DNA of 60,497 nt from an uncultured Clostridia bacterium (GTDB taxonomy: Bacteria; Bacillota; Clostridia; Oscillospirales; CAG-272): NCBI GenBank assembly GCA_946404035.1, contig CAMJCC010000002.1, positions 1 through 60,497 of the forward strand. The letters are read 5' to 3'. The notes beneath the pieces are model-generated. The model made no database searches. It worked only from the letters and a program-made list of their open reading frames with translations, and was not told the DNA's origin. Shown here piece by piece: positions 45,745 to 54,829 of this stretch; position 1 is the first letter of the stretch, and the number at the start of each line of letters is the position of its first letter. The position numbers and the translations under genes were made by a program.

Positions 45745-47259
45745 TCAGTCGGCGGGTTTGAAGTAGACCGTGCCGGGGACGACGACGCCCTCGTCAAGGG
45801 TGATGTTCGTCACGGTGGGCGCGGCGTCCGGCACAACGTTCAGAACGAAGCCGTCGCCGCAGGTGAGATGCACGTCGTCGTAAACGACGTAGACCGCCTG
45901 TTCGCTGGTCAGGATGTTCTGCATCTTCATCTCGACGATCAGACTGTCGTTGTCGCTGAACGAGAGTTTGGTCGGGTCGTTGGGGTCGACGCTCATATTG
46001 TAGAGCGAGAGCCCGTTGATGCGCAGCCCGTGGTTGCGTTCCGCCCATTCGCTCTTTTCATCGTCCCAGGTGCCCTGCATACTGGTCTCGACCTTCCAGA
46101 TCCGGACGCCGTCGATGTAGAGTTCGGAGTAAGCGGACGGGATCGCCGCGTTGGCGCCGTTCTTGACTTTCGGGTAGGGGTGATCGTTGTCGAGCACGGT
46201 CTCCTGATGGAAGCGGAAGCCGATGCGGTGCCAGCCGTATTCGCCGATCACGGGGTAGGAAGCGGCGGTGACGTTCTCGTCAAGGGCGCCCTTGTAGTAG
46301 GGCTCGCCGAGACCGAGGTCGTAGATGCAGGCGTACGCGGGGGTAAGGAGCGGACGGTAGGTCGCAATGTACATGCCGCCGGCGTACGCGCAGTCGACCG
46401 ACGCGTCGTTGCGCGTGTAAAGACGGAACAGATCCTTGAACGTGCCCTGGTCGCCGTTCTTTTTCCGGAACGAGATCAGCGAGATGACTGAGGTCTGATC
46501 GTCGTCAAACACCTTTTTGACCGGATCGTAGAGTTTACCGTTGTAGTTGGCGAGCGTCGGGTTCCAGAGCAGCGAATACTCGAACCAGAGATCGTTGCCG
46601 TCGGCGTCGTTCTCGTCCGGATAGAAGTGCTTTTCGCCGCGGGCGTCCGCCGCGTAGGTCGAGATGTAGAAAGAGCCGGCGCCGTAGTTGGGATCGCCAT
46701 TGGACACGTTCTCCGCGGTCTTGGAGTTGTAGACCGTCGGCTGGAACGTGGTGTCCTCGTCAAAGGGCTGGTGGCAGTGCGAGCATTCGCCGTGACGGTG
46801 ACCGGTCTGGTTGAAGAGCGTCGCTTCACTGTCCACGATCCACTCGATATCGTGCTCGGTGGCGACGGGGTCGAGTTCGACCTTGGTCTCCTCGATGATC
46901 GCGTTGCACACGACGCAGTGATAGGACTTCGAGCCCTTGTCCGTGCAGGTCGGCTTCACGTCGACCGAGTACTCGCTCGCCGCGACGTGTCCCGCGGGAA
47001 GCACGACCTCGGTACCCGGGATGCTCTTGCCGCAGACGGTGCAGTGGATGGATTTCTGACCGTCGGTCGTGCAGGTCGCCACCGTGTCGATCGAATAATC
47101 GGACGCGGGGACGTGAGCGCAACCGGAGGAGGTGGTCGCGGCAGTGGTCAGGGCTGCCGTCGTGCTGTCATTCTTCTTGTCCTTGTTACAAGATGCGAAA
47201 GCGAAGACGCAAAGGATAAGACACAGGAGAAGCGCGAGGGAGACGGACAGTTTCTTCAT
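45745..47259 (-). CDS. Lipoprotein with N-terminal Cys-rich (CxxC) repeats and a large C-terminal beta-rich domain
   Basis: Lipobox LCVFAFASC after MKKLSVSLALLLC. Repeats read H-x-A-S-[DE]-YS-[IV]-D-...-TCT-[TD]-x-G-x-KS-x-HC-x-VC. Confidence 0.75.
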   Translation of the reverse strand: MKKLSVSLALLLCLILCVFAFASCNKDKKNDSTTAALTTAATTSSGCAHVPASDYSIDTVATCTTDGQKSIHCTVCGKSIPGTEVVLPAGHVAASEYSVDVKPTCTDKGSKSYHCVVCNAIIEETKVELDPVATEHDIEWIVDSEATLFNQTGHRHGECSHCHQPFDEDTTFQPTVYNSKTAENVSNGDPNYGAGSFYISTYAADARGEKHFYPDENDADGNDLWFEYSLLWNPTLANYNGKLYDPVKKVFDDDQTSVISLISFRKKNGDQGTFKDLFRLYTRNDASVDCAYAGGMYIATYRPLLTPAYACIYDLGLGEPYYKGALDENVTAASYPVIGEYGWHRIGFRFHQETVLDNDHPYPKVKNGANAAIPSAYSELYIDGVRIWKVETSMQGTWDDEKSEWAERNHGLRINGLSLYNMSVDPNDPTKLSFSDNDSLIVEMKMQNILTSEQAVYVVYDDVHLTCGDGFVLNVVPDAAPTVTNITLDEGVVVPGTVYFKPAD

Positions 47260-47559
47260 TTCTTCTTTTCCTTTCTTTTTTGGTCGTGCGTTCCGTTGGA
47301 CTTGAGAGCGATATGCGAGGCTTCCGTCCGACGAGGTCCGGAGCGATGAGGTCCGGATCAATTCCATTGTAGCATAGCGAAACCTTTGCCAACAATAGAG
47401 CGGATTGCCGAAAACTTGCCCTGGATTGACCTCGGCGCGAACCGGACGGCTTTCGCCGCGCGCTCCCGGGACGATATCCTCTCACTTCTATTTTACTGTG
47501 CGATATTGTCAAATAGCAATAATTATGTTGCTGAATAATAGCACTTTTTTGCTTTTTGA

Positions 47560-47600
47560 TCAAAAAACCCGGACGCCGTTCGGCGCCCGGGTTTTCCTGT
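47560..47600 (-). terminator. Terminator after the ANTAR gene (bidirectional shape)
   Basis: cccgggcgcc-gaac-ggcgtccggg followed by tttttt on the minus strand. Confidence 0.75.
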
Positions 47601-47613
47601 TTCGTCGCGGTTT

Positions 47614-48198
47614 TTAACCGTAGGTCTTGATGATCTCCTCCGCGACCTGGCGGCGGGAGATGCAGCGGTCCATCGCCTGTTTCTCTACGTAGCGGTGGGC
47701 GTTGGGTTCGGTCATCTTGAGTTCGCTGATGAGCAGCCATTTCGCCCGGTTGACCAACCGGATCTCGTTCATCTTTTCCTCGATCGAGAGGGTCTTTTTC
47801 TGGTTCTTGCGCAGCCCCTCGCGCGCGCTGATCAGCCAGTCGAGCGCGATCGAGAAGATCTGGCGGGAGAACGGCTTTTGCAGCAGGAACACGCCGTGTT
47901 CGGCGAGTTTTTCGTACGCCAGATCGTACTGTTCGGTCCTGGCCAAAAACAGGACGACCGAGTTGGTCGAGGCGACCGCGTCGATCGAGAAGCGGATGCC
48001 GATCTCGTCACCGACGGGGGAGTTCACCACGACGAAATCAAAATCGCGTTCGGCGATCGCCCGTTTGGCGACGCTGACGCTCGAGACCGTCTGTACCGGC
48101 GTGAAAGTAGGGACGGAGAAATAGTCCGACAGCGCGGCGTTGAACTTTTCGGACGTCGAGACGACCAGAACGCTGTACGACCGTTCGTTAAGATCCAA
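47614..48198 (-). CDS. ANTAR-domain response-regulator-like RNA-binding antiterminator
   Basis: Receiver-like N-terminus plus C-terminal ANTAR: RLVNRAKWLLISELKMTEPNAHRYVEKQAMDRCISRRQVAEEII. Confidence 0.85.
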   Translation of the reverse strand: MDLNERSYSVLVVSTSEKFNAALSDYFSVPTFTPVQTVSSVSVAKRAIAERDFDFVVVNSPVGDEIGIRFSIDAVASTNSVVLFLARTEQYDLAYEKLAEHGVFLLQKPFSRQIFSIALDWLISAREGLRKNQKKTLSIEEKMNEIRLVNRAKWLLISELKMTEPNAHRYVEKQAMDRCISRRQVAEEIIKTYG

Positions 48199-48243
48199 GT
48201 TCCGACCCTCCTTTCGTTATGATCCCGAACCCGTCGGGTCAGG

Positions 48244-49452
48244 TCAATCCTTGCAGTAAAGATCCGTGATCTCGGCGGGCAGGCATTCTTTGATCCACGC
48301 GTCGTTCCTCGCCGCCGCCTTGGCTTTCGCCTGCGTATCGGGCAGAGGGGTCAGCCCGGCGGTGGCTTTGCCGTCCGCGTGATAGAGGTTCAGATCGAGG
48401 GGCGCGGGGAGCGCTTTCCCGGTCTTGATGCCGCCAAGCGCCGCCCGGATCATCAGGGCGAACGCGATATACGGGTTTGCCGACGGGTCGGGCGAGCGGA
48501 GTTCGGCGCGGCGGAATTCCTTTTCTGCCGCGGGGATCCGCACCAGCTGCGAGCGGTTCTCGCGCGACCACGACACGTAGCGCGGCGCTTTCATCTGTCC
48601 GAGCCGCGCGTAGGAGCCCTCGGTCGGGTTGAGGAAGACCGTCATCGGGATGATCCTATCAAGGATCCCGGCGATCATATTCTCCTGCTTCTTCCCGTCG
48701 TCGGGGCGCACCGAGATGTTGATGTGGAACCCGTTGCCCGGCGCTCCCTCGAGGGGTTTGGGCGAGAAATCGGCGTAAAGACCGTTGCGGCGCGCGACGG
48801 TGCGCACCACGGTCTGAAAGGTCATCACGTTGTCGGCGGCGGTGAGCGCGTCGGTATAGCGGAAGTCGATCTCGTTCTGCCCGGGTCCCTCCTCGTGGTG
48901 GGAACTCTCGGGACGGATGCCCATCTGTTCCAGGGTCAGGCAGATCTCGCGCCGCACGTTCTCCCCCTTGTCCTCCGGGGCGATGTCCATATAGCCCGCC
49001 CGGTCATAGGGGATCTTCGTCGGGTCGTTCTTCTCGTCGAGCTCGAAGAGGTAGAACTCCTGTTCCGCCCCGAAATAGAAAGTGCAGCCCGCCGCTTTTG
49101 CGTCCTCGACCGCGTTCTTTAACAGCGTCCGGGTGTCGCAGGCGAACGGGGTCCCGTCGGGGTAGGAGATCGAGCAGAACATCCGCACCACCTTGCCGTG
49201 TTCGGGCCGCCACGGGAGCCAGGTCAGGGTGGCGGGATCGGGATGCAGAAAGAGGTCGGAGTGCGCCTCGTCCCCGAACCCGGCGATCGCCGACGCGTCG
49301 AAGGCGATGCCGTATTCAAAGGCGCGGGGAAGCTCCTCCGGCATGATCGAGATATTCTTCTGCTTTCCGAAGACGTCTGAGAAAGCGAGGCGGATAAACT
49401 TGACGTCCTCCTCCGCCACGTATTGCATGACCTCTTCTTTTGAGTAGTTCAT
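48244..49452 (-). CDS. glnA: Glutamine synthetase, type I (short form, 402 aa)
   Basis: FRLAFSDVFGKQKN, GAEQEFYLF, HHEEGPGQNEIDF, NGFHINIS, SWSRENRSQLVRIP motifs. Confidence 0.88.
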   Translation of the reverse strand: MNYSKEEVMQYVAEEDVKFIRLAFSDVFGKQKNISIMPEELPRAFEYGIAFDASAIAGFGDEAHSDLFLHPDPATLTWLPWRPEHGKVVRMFCSISYPDGTPFACDTRTLLKNAVEDAKAAGCTFYFGAEQEFYLFELDEKNDPTKIPYDRAGYMDIAPEDKGENVRREICLTLEQMGIRPESSHHEEGPGQNEIDFRYTDALTAADNVMTFQTVVRTVARRNGLYADFSPKPLEGAPGNGFHINISVRPDDGKKQENMIAGILDRIIPMTVFLNPTEGSYARLGQMKAPRYVSWSRENRSQLVRIPAAEKEFRRAELRSPDPSANPYIAFALMIRAALGGIKTGKALPAPLDLNLYHADGKATAGLTPLPDTQAKAKAAARNDAWIKECLPAEITDLYCKD

Positions 49453-49474
49453 TTTGCCCTCCCTGTATCTCATA

Positions 49475-50194
49475 TCAGTTCGCTACGTAAAGTCGTTTGT
49501 ACGGGTTGCTGCTGTCGGGGGTGACGACGGTAAAGGGCGCGTCCATCACCTGCTTCTCGTCAAGACCGAAGCGCGCGCAGTATTCCGAAACGTATCCCTT
49601 GATCTCGGAGAGGTCATTCGCCGTCGCTTCGCGCGCGGTCACCTGACCCGGGAACTCAATCCCCTTGCAATCCGAGCGCAGGATCATCTTTCCCCCGTGC
49701 ATACCGGTGCAGGGGAAGTTGCCGACGATGCGCCGTTCCGCGTCCGAAAGCCCGAGCACGACGATCACGCCGCCCGCCTGGTACTCGCCGAGAAAGCTCC
49801 CGGCGCAGCCGCCGATAACGATCACGGGGACCTTTTCCTCGTACGCTTTCATGTGGATCCCGGCGCGGTAGCCGGCGTCGCCCTTGACGTAGATCCGACC
49901 GCCCCGCATCGCGTAGCCGACGGCGTCCCCGACGTTGCCGCGGATGACGATCTCGCCCGCGTTCATCGTGTCGCCGACCGCGTCCTGCGCGTTGCCGTCG
50001 ACCTCGATCTTCGCCCCGTTCAGGTAGGCGCCCAGCGCGTTGCCCGGGACCCCGTCGATCTTGACCGTGACGTCCGACATCCCGGCGCAAAGGAACCGCT
50101 GCCCGAGGCAGCCGGTGAGCGAAACGGTCTTCCCGCCCGCCCGGATCGCCTCGTTTAGGGCGCGAAATCCGAGTTCGCTCGCGTTTATTTTCAT
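49475..50194 (-). CDS. GltB C-terminal (GXGXG) domain protein of split glutamate synthase
   Basis: Beta-helix repeats GNAQDAVGDTMNAGEIVIRGNVGDAVGYAMRGGRIYVKGDAGYRAG. Confidence 0.8.
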   Translation of the reverse strand: MKINASELGFRALNEAIRAGGKTVSLTGCLGQRFLCAGMSDVTVKIDGVPGNALGAYLNGAKIEVDGNAQDAVGDTMNAGEIVIRGNVGDAVGYAMRGGRIYVKGDAGYRAGIHMKAYEEKVPVIVIGGCAGSFLGEYQAGGVIVVLGLSDAERRIVGNFPCTGMHGGKMILRSDCKGIEFPGQVTAREATANDLSEIKGYVSEYCARFGLDEKQVMDAPFTVVTPDSSNPYKRLYVAN

Positions 50195-50195
50195 A

Positions 50196-51425
50196 TTATA
50201 CCACACCCCCGAACTTTTTTCTACGGTTTTCGCGTGAAAAGATCAAATTGGAAGCAACTTTTTTCGTCAGGTCGAAATCGACGGTGTCGAGCGGGGTCTT
50301 TTCCCGGATCAGGGAAGTGTAGATCCCGGCGCGCTCGGTTTCCCCGATCAGGATATAGCCGCGGAGCAGTCCGTCCTTTGTAAAGAACCGCTTGATCCCG
50401 TTTTCGTTCTTCTCTTCGGTCATCTCGCCGTCGTAGGCGCCGGCGGTCATCACGTGCAGCCCGAAGAAGCCGATCGAGTTCATCGGGATCGCGTTTGCGT
50501 AACTCGCCTCGCCCCCCGCCATATTGACCCCGGCGGCGTGCCCCTGCAGATACGCGTTCGGCAGGATCGCGATCACGCGGTTAAGCCCGATCGAGGCGTC
50601 GTATCCCTCGGCGCAGTCGCCCGCGGCGTATACCCCGGGGACGCTCGTCTGCATCTTCCCGTCCACCACGATCCCGCGGTTGACGGTCCCGCCCGCGTTC
50701 TTTACGAGGTCGGTATTCGCCCGGACCCCGACCGCCAGCACCAGAACGTCGAACTCCACGGTCTTCCCGCTCTTCATCGTCGCGGTGTTACGGTCGAACC
50801 TGACCGCCGTATCGCCGAGCAGGAACCCGATCCCGTTTTCTTCGAGGTGCTTCTGCACGAACGCGGCGCAATCCGTATCGAGGATGCTGGACAGCACCCG
50901 GTCGGCAAGGTCGCAGACCGTGATCCGACCGACCCGTTCTTTGATCCCCTCGGCGCATTTCAGCCCGATCAGCCCCGCGCCGACGATCAGCACCCGCGCG
51001 TCCCTGTCCAGTTCTTTTTCCAGCGCCAAAGCGTCGTCCAGGGTCATAAAGCTGAACTTCTTTTCGACCGTGTCAAGCCCCTCGAACGGCGGGACGAACG
51101 GGCGAGAACCCGCGGCGACGCAGAGCGCGTCGTAGGGAAGCGCCCCGCCCCCCGCGAGCGCGACCGTTTTCTTTTCCGGGTCGACCGAGACCGCGCGGTC
51201 GAAGATCACCCGGCAGCCGGTTTTCTCGTAGAAGTCGGCGGGACGGTAGTTCATCTTGTCAAGGGTGGTCTTGCCCTCGAGGTAGTAGGAGATCAGGGGA
51301 CGCCCGTAGACCGGGTGCTTCTCCTCCGAGATCACGGTGATCTCGCCGTCCGTATCGGACGAGCGGATCCCCTCGATGCAGCCGACGGCGGCGGTGCCGT
51401 TCCCGACGATCACGTAGCGTTTCAT
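50196..51425 (-). CDS. FAD/NAD(P)-dependent pyridine-nucleotide-disulfide-family oxidoreductase (electron-input subunit)
   Basis: VIVGNGTAAVG and VLIVGAGLIGLK dinucleotide folds, plus AAGDCAE. Confidence 0.8.
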   Translation of the reverse strand: MKRYVIVGNGTAAVGCIEGIRSSDTDGEITVISEEKHPVYGRPLISYYLEGKTTLDKMNYRPADFYEKTGCRVIFDRAVSVDPEKKTVALAGGGALPYDALCVAAGSRPFVPPFEGLDTVEKKFSFMTLDDALALEKELDRDARVLIVGAGLIGLKCAEGIKERVGRITVCDLADRVLSSILDTDCAAFVQKHLEENGIGFLLGDTAVRFDRNTATMKSGKTVEFDVLVLAVGVRANTDLVKNAGGTVNRGIVVDGKMQTSVPGVYAAGDCAEGYDASIGLNRVIAILPNAYLQGHAAGVNMAGGEASYANAIPMNSIGFFGLHVMTAGAYDGEMTEEKNENGIKRFFTKDGLLRGYILIGETERAGIYTSLIREKTPLDTVDFDLTKKVASNLIFSRENRRKKFGGVV

Positions 51426-51862
51426 TCTCCGTCGCCCCTTTCTTCGTACACGATGGCTTTGTTCGGGCATCCCGTCACGCAGGCGGGCGCGCCGCACGCG
51501 TTTTCAAGGCAGAGTTCGCATTTCTGCATCGTTCCGTTTTCCCCCGGAGCCAGAGCGCCGTAGGGGCAGACCAGAACGCAGGTCAGGCACCCGACGCATT
51601 TGGTGCGGTCGATCCTGACCACGCCGTCCTTTTTGCTGATCGCCCCCGCGATGCAGCTTTTGACGCAGAGCGGATCGGTGCAGTGGCGGCAGGACACGGC
51701 AAAGGTGATCTTGTCGTCCCCCTCGACGTGGATGCGCGGAAAGATCTTCTTGTCTTTTAAGGCGAACGCCATATCGGAAAGACCCGAATTGGCGAACGCA
51801 CAGTTGTATTCGCAGAGATGGCAGCCGAGGCACCATTCTTCGTTGACGTAAACTCGTTTCAT
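51422..51862 (-). CDS. 4Fe-4S di-cluster ferredoxin-domain protein
   Basis: CLGCHLCEYNC, CRHCTDPLC, CVGCLTCVLVCP, CELC...C clusters. Confidence 0.8.
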   Translation of the reverse strand: MKRVYVNEEWCLGCHLCEYNCAFANSGLSDMAFALKDKKIFPRIHVEGDDKITFAVSCRHCTDPLCVKSCIAGAISKKDGVVRIDRTKCVGCLTCVLVCPYGALAPGENGTMQKCELCLENACGAPACVTGCPNKAIVYEERGDGE

Positions 51863-51867
51863 CTTCT

Positions 51868-53373
51868 TTACTCTCCCGCGTGCGCGATCCCGAGGATGGA
51901 CAGTTCTTTTTCGTTCAGCCCGACGCCGCGAAGCATCAGACGGTTGCCGCGCAGCGCCTCGATCGAGTTGATGCCCATGCCGCCCATGATCTCCATGATC
52001 TCGTGCCGCCACGCGGTCATCAAATTGATAAGACGCTCCGAGCCGATGTCGGGGTTCAGCCGTTTGACCAGGTCGGGACGTTGGGTCGCGATGCCCCAGT
52101 TGCACTTGCCCGACTGGCAGGTGCGGCAGAGATGGCACCCGAGAGCGAGCAGGGCGGCGGTCGCGATATAGCAGGCGTCGGCGCCCAGCGCGACGGCCTT
52201 GACCACGTCGGCGGCGCTGCGGATCGAGCCCCCCGCGACAAGAGATACGTTGTTGCGGATCCCCTCGTCGCGCAGCCGCTGATCCACCGCGGCGAGCGCC
52301 AGTTCGATCGGGATGCCGACGTTGTCCCGGATCCTGGTCGGCGCGGCGCCGGTACCGCCGCGGAAACCGTCGATCGCGATGACGTCCGCACCGCTGCGTG
52401 CGATCCCGCTGGCGATGGCGGCGATGTTGTGGACGGCGGCGACCTTGACGATCACCGGCTTCTCGTAGCGCGTCGCCTCTTTGAGCGAAAAGACCAACTG
52501 GCGGAGGTCCTCGATCGAGTAGATATCGTGGTGCGGCGCGGGCGAGATGGCGTCGGAGCCCTCCGGGATCATCCGCGTCCGCGACACGTCCCCGACGATC
52601 TTCGCGCCGGGAAGATGCCCGCCGATACCCGGCTTTGCGCCCTGACCCATCTTGATCTCGATGGCGGCGCCGGCGTTCAGGTAATCTTCGTGCACGCCGA
52701 AGCGGCCCGACGCGACCTGTACCACGGTGTTCGCGCCGTACTGATAGAAATCTTCGTGCAGTCCGCCCTCGCCGGTATTGTAGAGAATACCGAGCTCGGT
52801 CGCGGCGCGCGCGAGCGAGGCGTGGGCGTTGTAGCTGATCGAGCCGTAGCTCATCGCCGAGAACATCACCGGCATCGCCAGCTCGATCTGCGGCGGGAGC
52901 GCGCAGTCCAGTTTCCCGTCCGGCGTCCGTCCGATCTTATCCGGCTTCTTACCGAGAAAGACGCGGGTCTCCATCGGCTCGCGGAGCGGGTCGATCGGCG
53001 GATTGGTCACCTGCGACGCGTTGATCAGGATCTTGTCCCAGTAGACCGGCAGGGGAGCGGGGTTGCCCATCGAGGACAGCAGCACGCCGCCGCTGTTCGC
53101 CTGTTTGTAGACCTCGCGGATGGTGTCGTTTTTCCAGTTGGCGTTCTCACGCAGAGTGCAGTCGCTCTTCACGATCTTCAGCGCCCGCGTCGGGCAGAGA
53201 GCGACGCACCGCTGGCAGTTGACGCACTTGCTCTCGTCCGAGACCATCGCGCCGCGTTCGGTGCTGAAACCGTGCACTTCGTTTGCGCATTGCCGCTCGC
53301 ACACGCGGCAGGCGATGCAGCGATCCTTGTCGCGGATCACTTCAAATTCGGGATAGATAAATTCAACGCCCAT
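51868..53373 (-). CDS. Glutamate synthase FMN-binding (GltB central) domain protein with an N-terminal 2x[4Fe-4S] domain
   Basis: CIACRVCERQC / CVNCQRCVALCP, then GEGG, AKPGIGGHLPG, DGFRGGTGAAP, GGSIR motifs. Confidence 0.88.
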   Translation of the reverse strand: MGVEFIYPEFEVIRDKDRCIACRVCERQCANEVHGFSTERGAMVSDESKCVNCQRCVALCPTRALKIVKSDCTLRENANWKNDTIREVYKQANSGGVLLSSMGNPAPLPVYWDKILINASQVTNPPIDPLREPMETRVFLGKKPDKIGRTPDGKLDCALPPQIELAMPVMFSAMSYGSISYNAHASLARAATELGILYNTGEGGLHEDFYQYGANTVVQVASGRFGVHEDYLNAGAAIEIKMGQGAKPGIGGHLPGAKIVGDVSRTRMIPEGSDAISPAPHHDIYSIEDLRQLVFSLKEATRYEKPVIVKVAAVHNIAAIASGIARSGADVIAIDGFRGGTGAAPTRIRDNVGIPIELALAAVDQRLRDEGIRNNVSLVAGGSIRSAADVVKAVALGADACYIATAALLALGCHLCRTCQSGKCNWGIATQRPDLVKRLNPDIGSERLINLMTAWRHEIMEIMGGMGINSIEALRGNRLMLRGVGLNEKELSILGIAHAGE

Positions 53374-53374
53374 C

Positions 53375-54469
53375 TCAATACGCTCCTTCCTTGACCGAAA
53401 CGATCACCGGTTCGCCGCCCGAGGGCGCCCAGATCTTCTCGGCTCCGGGATCCATCGCCCGGATCGCCGCCTCTTCGCTCGCGACGTAGACGCGGTCGTC
53501 CTTTTCGCCGACCACCATCGACCGCAGCTTCAGTCGGTCGTTCAGCGCCATCAGCCCGCCGGTGAAGCCCAGCACGATCGAGAACGGACCCGTCACGAGC
53601 AAACTCGGGAACACCGTACGCAGGTAGTGCAGTTTCTTCTTTTCGTATTCGTCGGTCTTCTTTTCGATCGTGCTCCAGAAAGGCGCCGCGATCACGTTCG
53701 CCGCCTCCTCGAGCGTCAGTCCCTGCACGCGCGTTAAATAATCCAGAATGTAGGTGATGACCTCGGTATCGGTCTGTAAGGTGCATTTGTAACCGAACAT
53801 CTCGATAAACCGACGGTTGGCGTCGTAGGACGAGATCTCGCCGTTGTGGACGATCGAATAGTCGAGCAGGGCAAAGGGATGCGCGCCGCCCCACCAGCCG
53901 GGGGTGTTGGTCGGATATCTGCCGTGCGCCGTCCAGCTGTAGCCCTCGTACTCGTCGAGCCGGTAGAAGACGCCGACGTCCTCGGGAAAGCCGACCGCCT
54001 TGAAGGTCCCCATGTTCTTTCCGCTTGAAAAGACGTACGCGCCCGGAAGTTCGGTGTTTATCTTCATCACCGTCCGCGCGACGAACTCCTTTTCGTCGAG
54101 CTGAAGATCGGCGAGCACGGACTTGAGCGGCGTGACGAAATAGCGCCAGATGATCGGCTCGTCGGTGATCTCCGGGATCTTCCGCGTCGGGATGATCTCG
54201 TCTTTCACCACTTCAAACCCCTCTTTCAGGAGCGCCTCGCACGCCTTTCGGGTGTCCCTGCAGTCGAAGAAGAGGTGCAGGGCGTAGAGATCCCGGTATT
54301 CGGGATAGATCCCGTAACCGGCAAATCCGCCGCCAAGCCCGTTCGAGCGGTCGTGCATCGGCTTCATCGCCCGGACGATCGTCTCTCCCGTCATGCGTTT
54401 TCCCTCCCGCGAGATCACCGCCGCGATGGCGCAGCCCGAGGGGATCCTGATACTGCCTTCCCGTTCCAT
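53375..54469 (-). CDS. Class-II (Ntn) glutamine amidotransferase domain protein of split glutamate synthase
   Basis: Nucleophile context IPSGCAIAAVI. HGRYPTNTPG..., HNGEISSY. Confidence 0.85.
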   Translation of the reverse strand: MEREGSIRIPSGCAIAAVISREGKRMTGETIVRAMKPMHDRSNGLGGGFAGYGIYPEYRDLYALHLFFDCRDTRKACEALLKEGFEVVKDEIIPTRKIPEITDEPIIWRYFVTPLKSVLADLQLDEKEFVARTVMKINTELPGAYVFSSGKNMGTFKAVGFPEDVGVFYRLDEYEGYSWTAHGRYPTNTPGWWGGAHPFALLDYSIVHNGEISSYDANRRFIEMFGYKCTLQTDTEVITYILDYLTRVQGLTLEEAANVIAAPFWSTIEKKTDEYEKKKLHYLRTVFPSLLVTGPFSIVLGFTGGLMALNDRLKLRSMVVGEKDDRVYVASEEAAIRAMDPGAEKIWAPSGGEPVIVSVKEGAY

Positions 54470-54480
54470 TTTACGTTTCC

Positions 54481-54551
54481 TTTCCGAAAATGAAAAAAGG
54501 AAAGGCGCCCGTTTTTGCGTGAAGATAACTTCCGCAAAAATGAACGCCTTT
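54481..54551 (-). terminator. Leader terminator/attenuator-like hairpin of the GOGAT-GS-ANTAR operon
   Basis: The minus-strand RNA reads AAAGGCG-UUCA-UUUUUGCGGAAG-UUAU-CUUCACGCAAAAA-CGGG-CGCCUUU followed by CCUUUUUUCAUUUUC. It starts a few nt after the predicted transcription start site (TSS). Confidence 0.6.
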
Positions 54552-54566
54552 GCTCATTTTTTTGCA

Positions 54567-54595
54567 ATTATAGCACACGAGCGCACGCTTGTCAA
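54567..54595 (-). promoter_or_regulatory. Consensus sigma-A promoter for the minus-strand nitrogen operon
   Basis: On the minus strand: TTGACA, 17-nt spacer, TATAAT. Confidence 0.75.
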
Positions 54596-54653
54596 GACCC
54601 GAGCCGCTCTTTTTGCCGATTTTCGATTTTTTGAAAAATTTGCGAAAAAGGGA

Positions 54654-54682
54654 TTGACAAACGGCGACGGCGGGTGTATAAT
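54654..54682 (+). promoter_or_regulatory. Consensus sigma-A promoter for the GS-III/amt/asnB genes
   Basis: TTGACA (54654-59), 17-nt spacer, TATAAT (54677-82). Confidence 0.75.
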
Positions 54683-54702
54683 GCATCTCGTTAAAGGCAA
54701 TG

Positions 54703-54744
54703 GCGTCTTTGAGCGATGGGCTCAAAGGCGCGATTTTCTTTATT
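54703..54744 (+). terminator. Leader terminator/attenuator upstream of the GS-III gene
   Basis: 12-bp stem GCGUCUUUGAGC/GCUCAAAGGCGC with loop GAUGG, followed by GAUUUUCUUUAUU. Confidence 0.65.
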
Positions 54745-54829
54745 GACAAGTCCATATTTCGGAAGGCAACGGGGTCTTTCATGTGTTGAACGTGAAAGGC
54801 GCCGCTGTCCGGTTTTTAAGGAGGAAAAC

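Noticed and set aside
54744-54749. Second TTGACA hexamer inside the GS-III leader, as an internal promoter.
   Set aside because: There is no acceptable -10 element 16-18 nt downstream.
54691-54824. Glutamine riboswitch, T-box, or canonical ANTAR dual-hexaloop target in the GS-III leader.
   Set aside because: I could not see the E-loop/pseudoknot pattern of glnA RNA, a specifier loop or T-box sequence, or two hexaloops with A1/G4. It is reported only as an unclassified repeated hairpin element.
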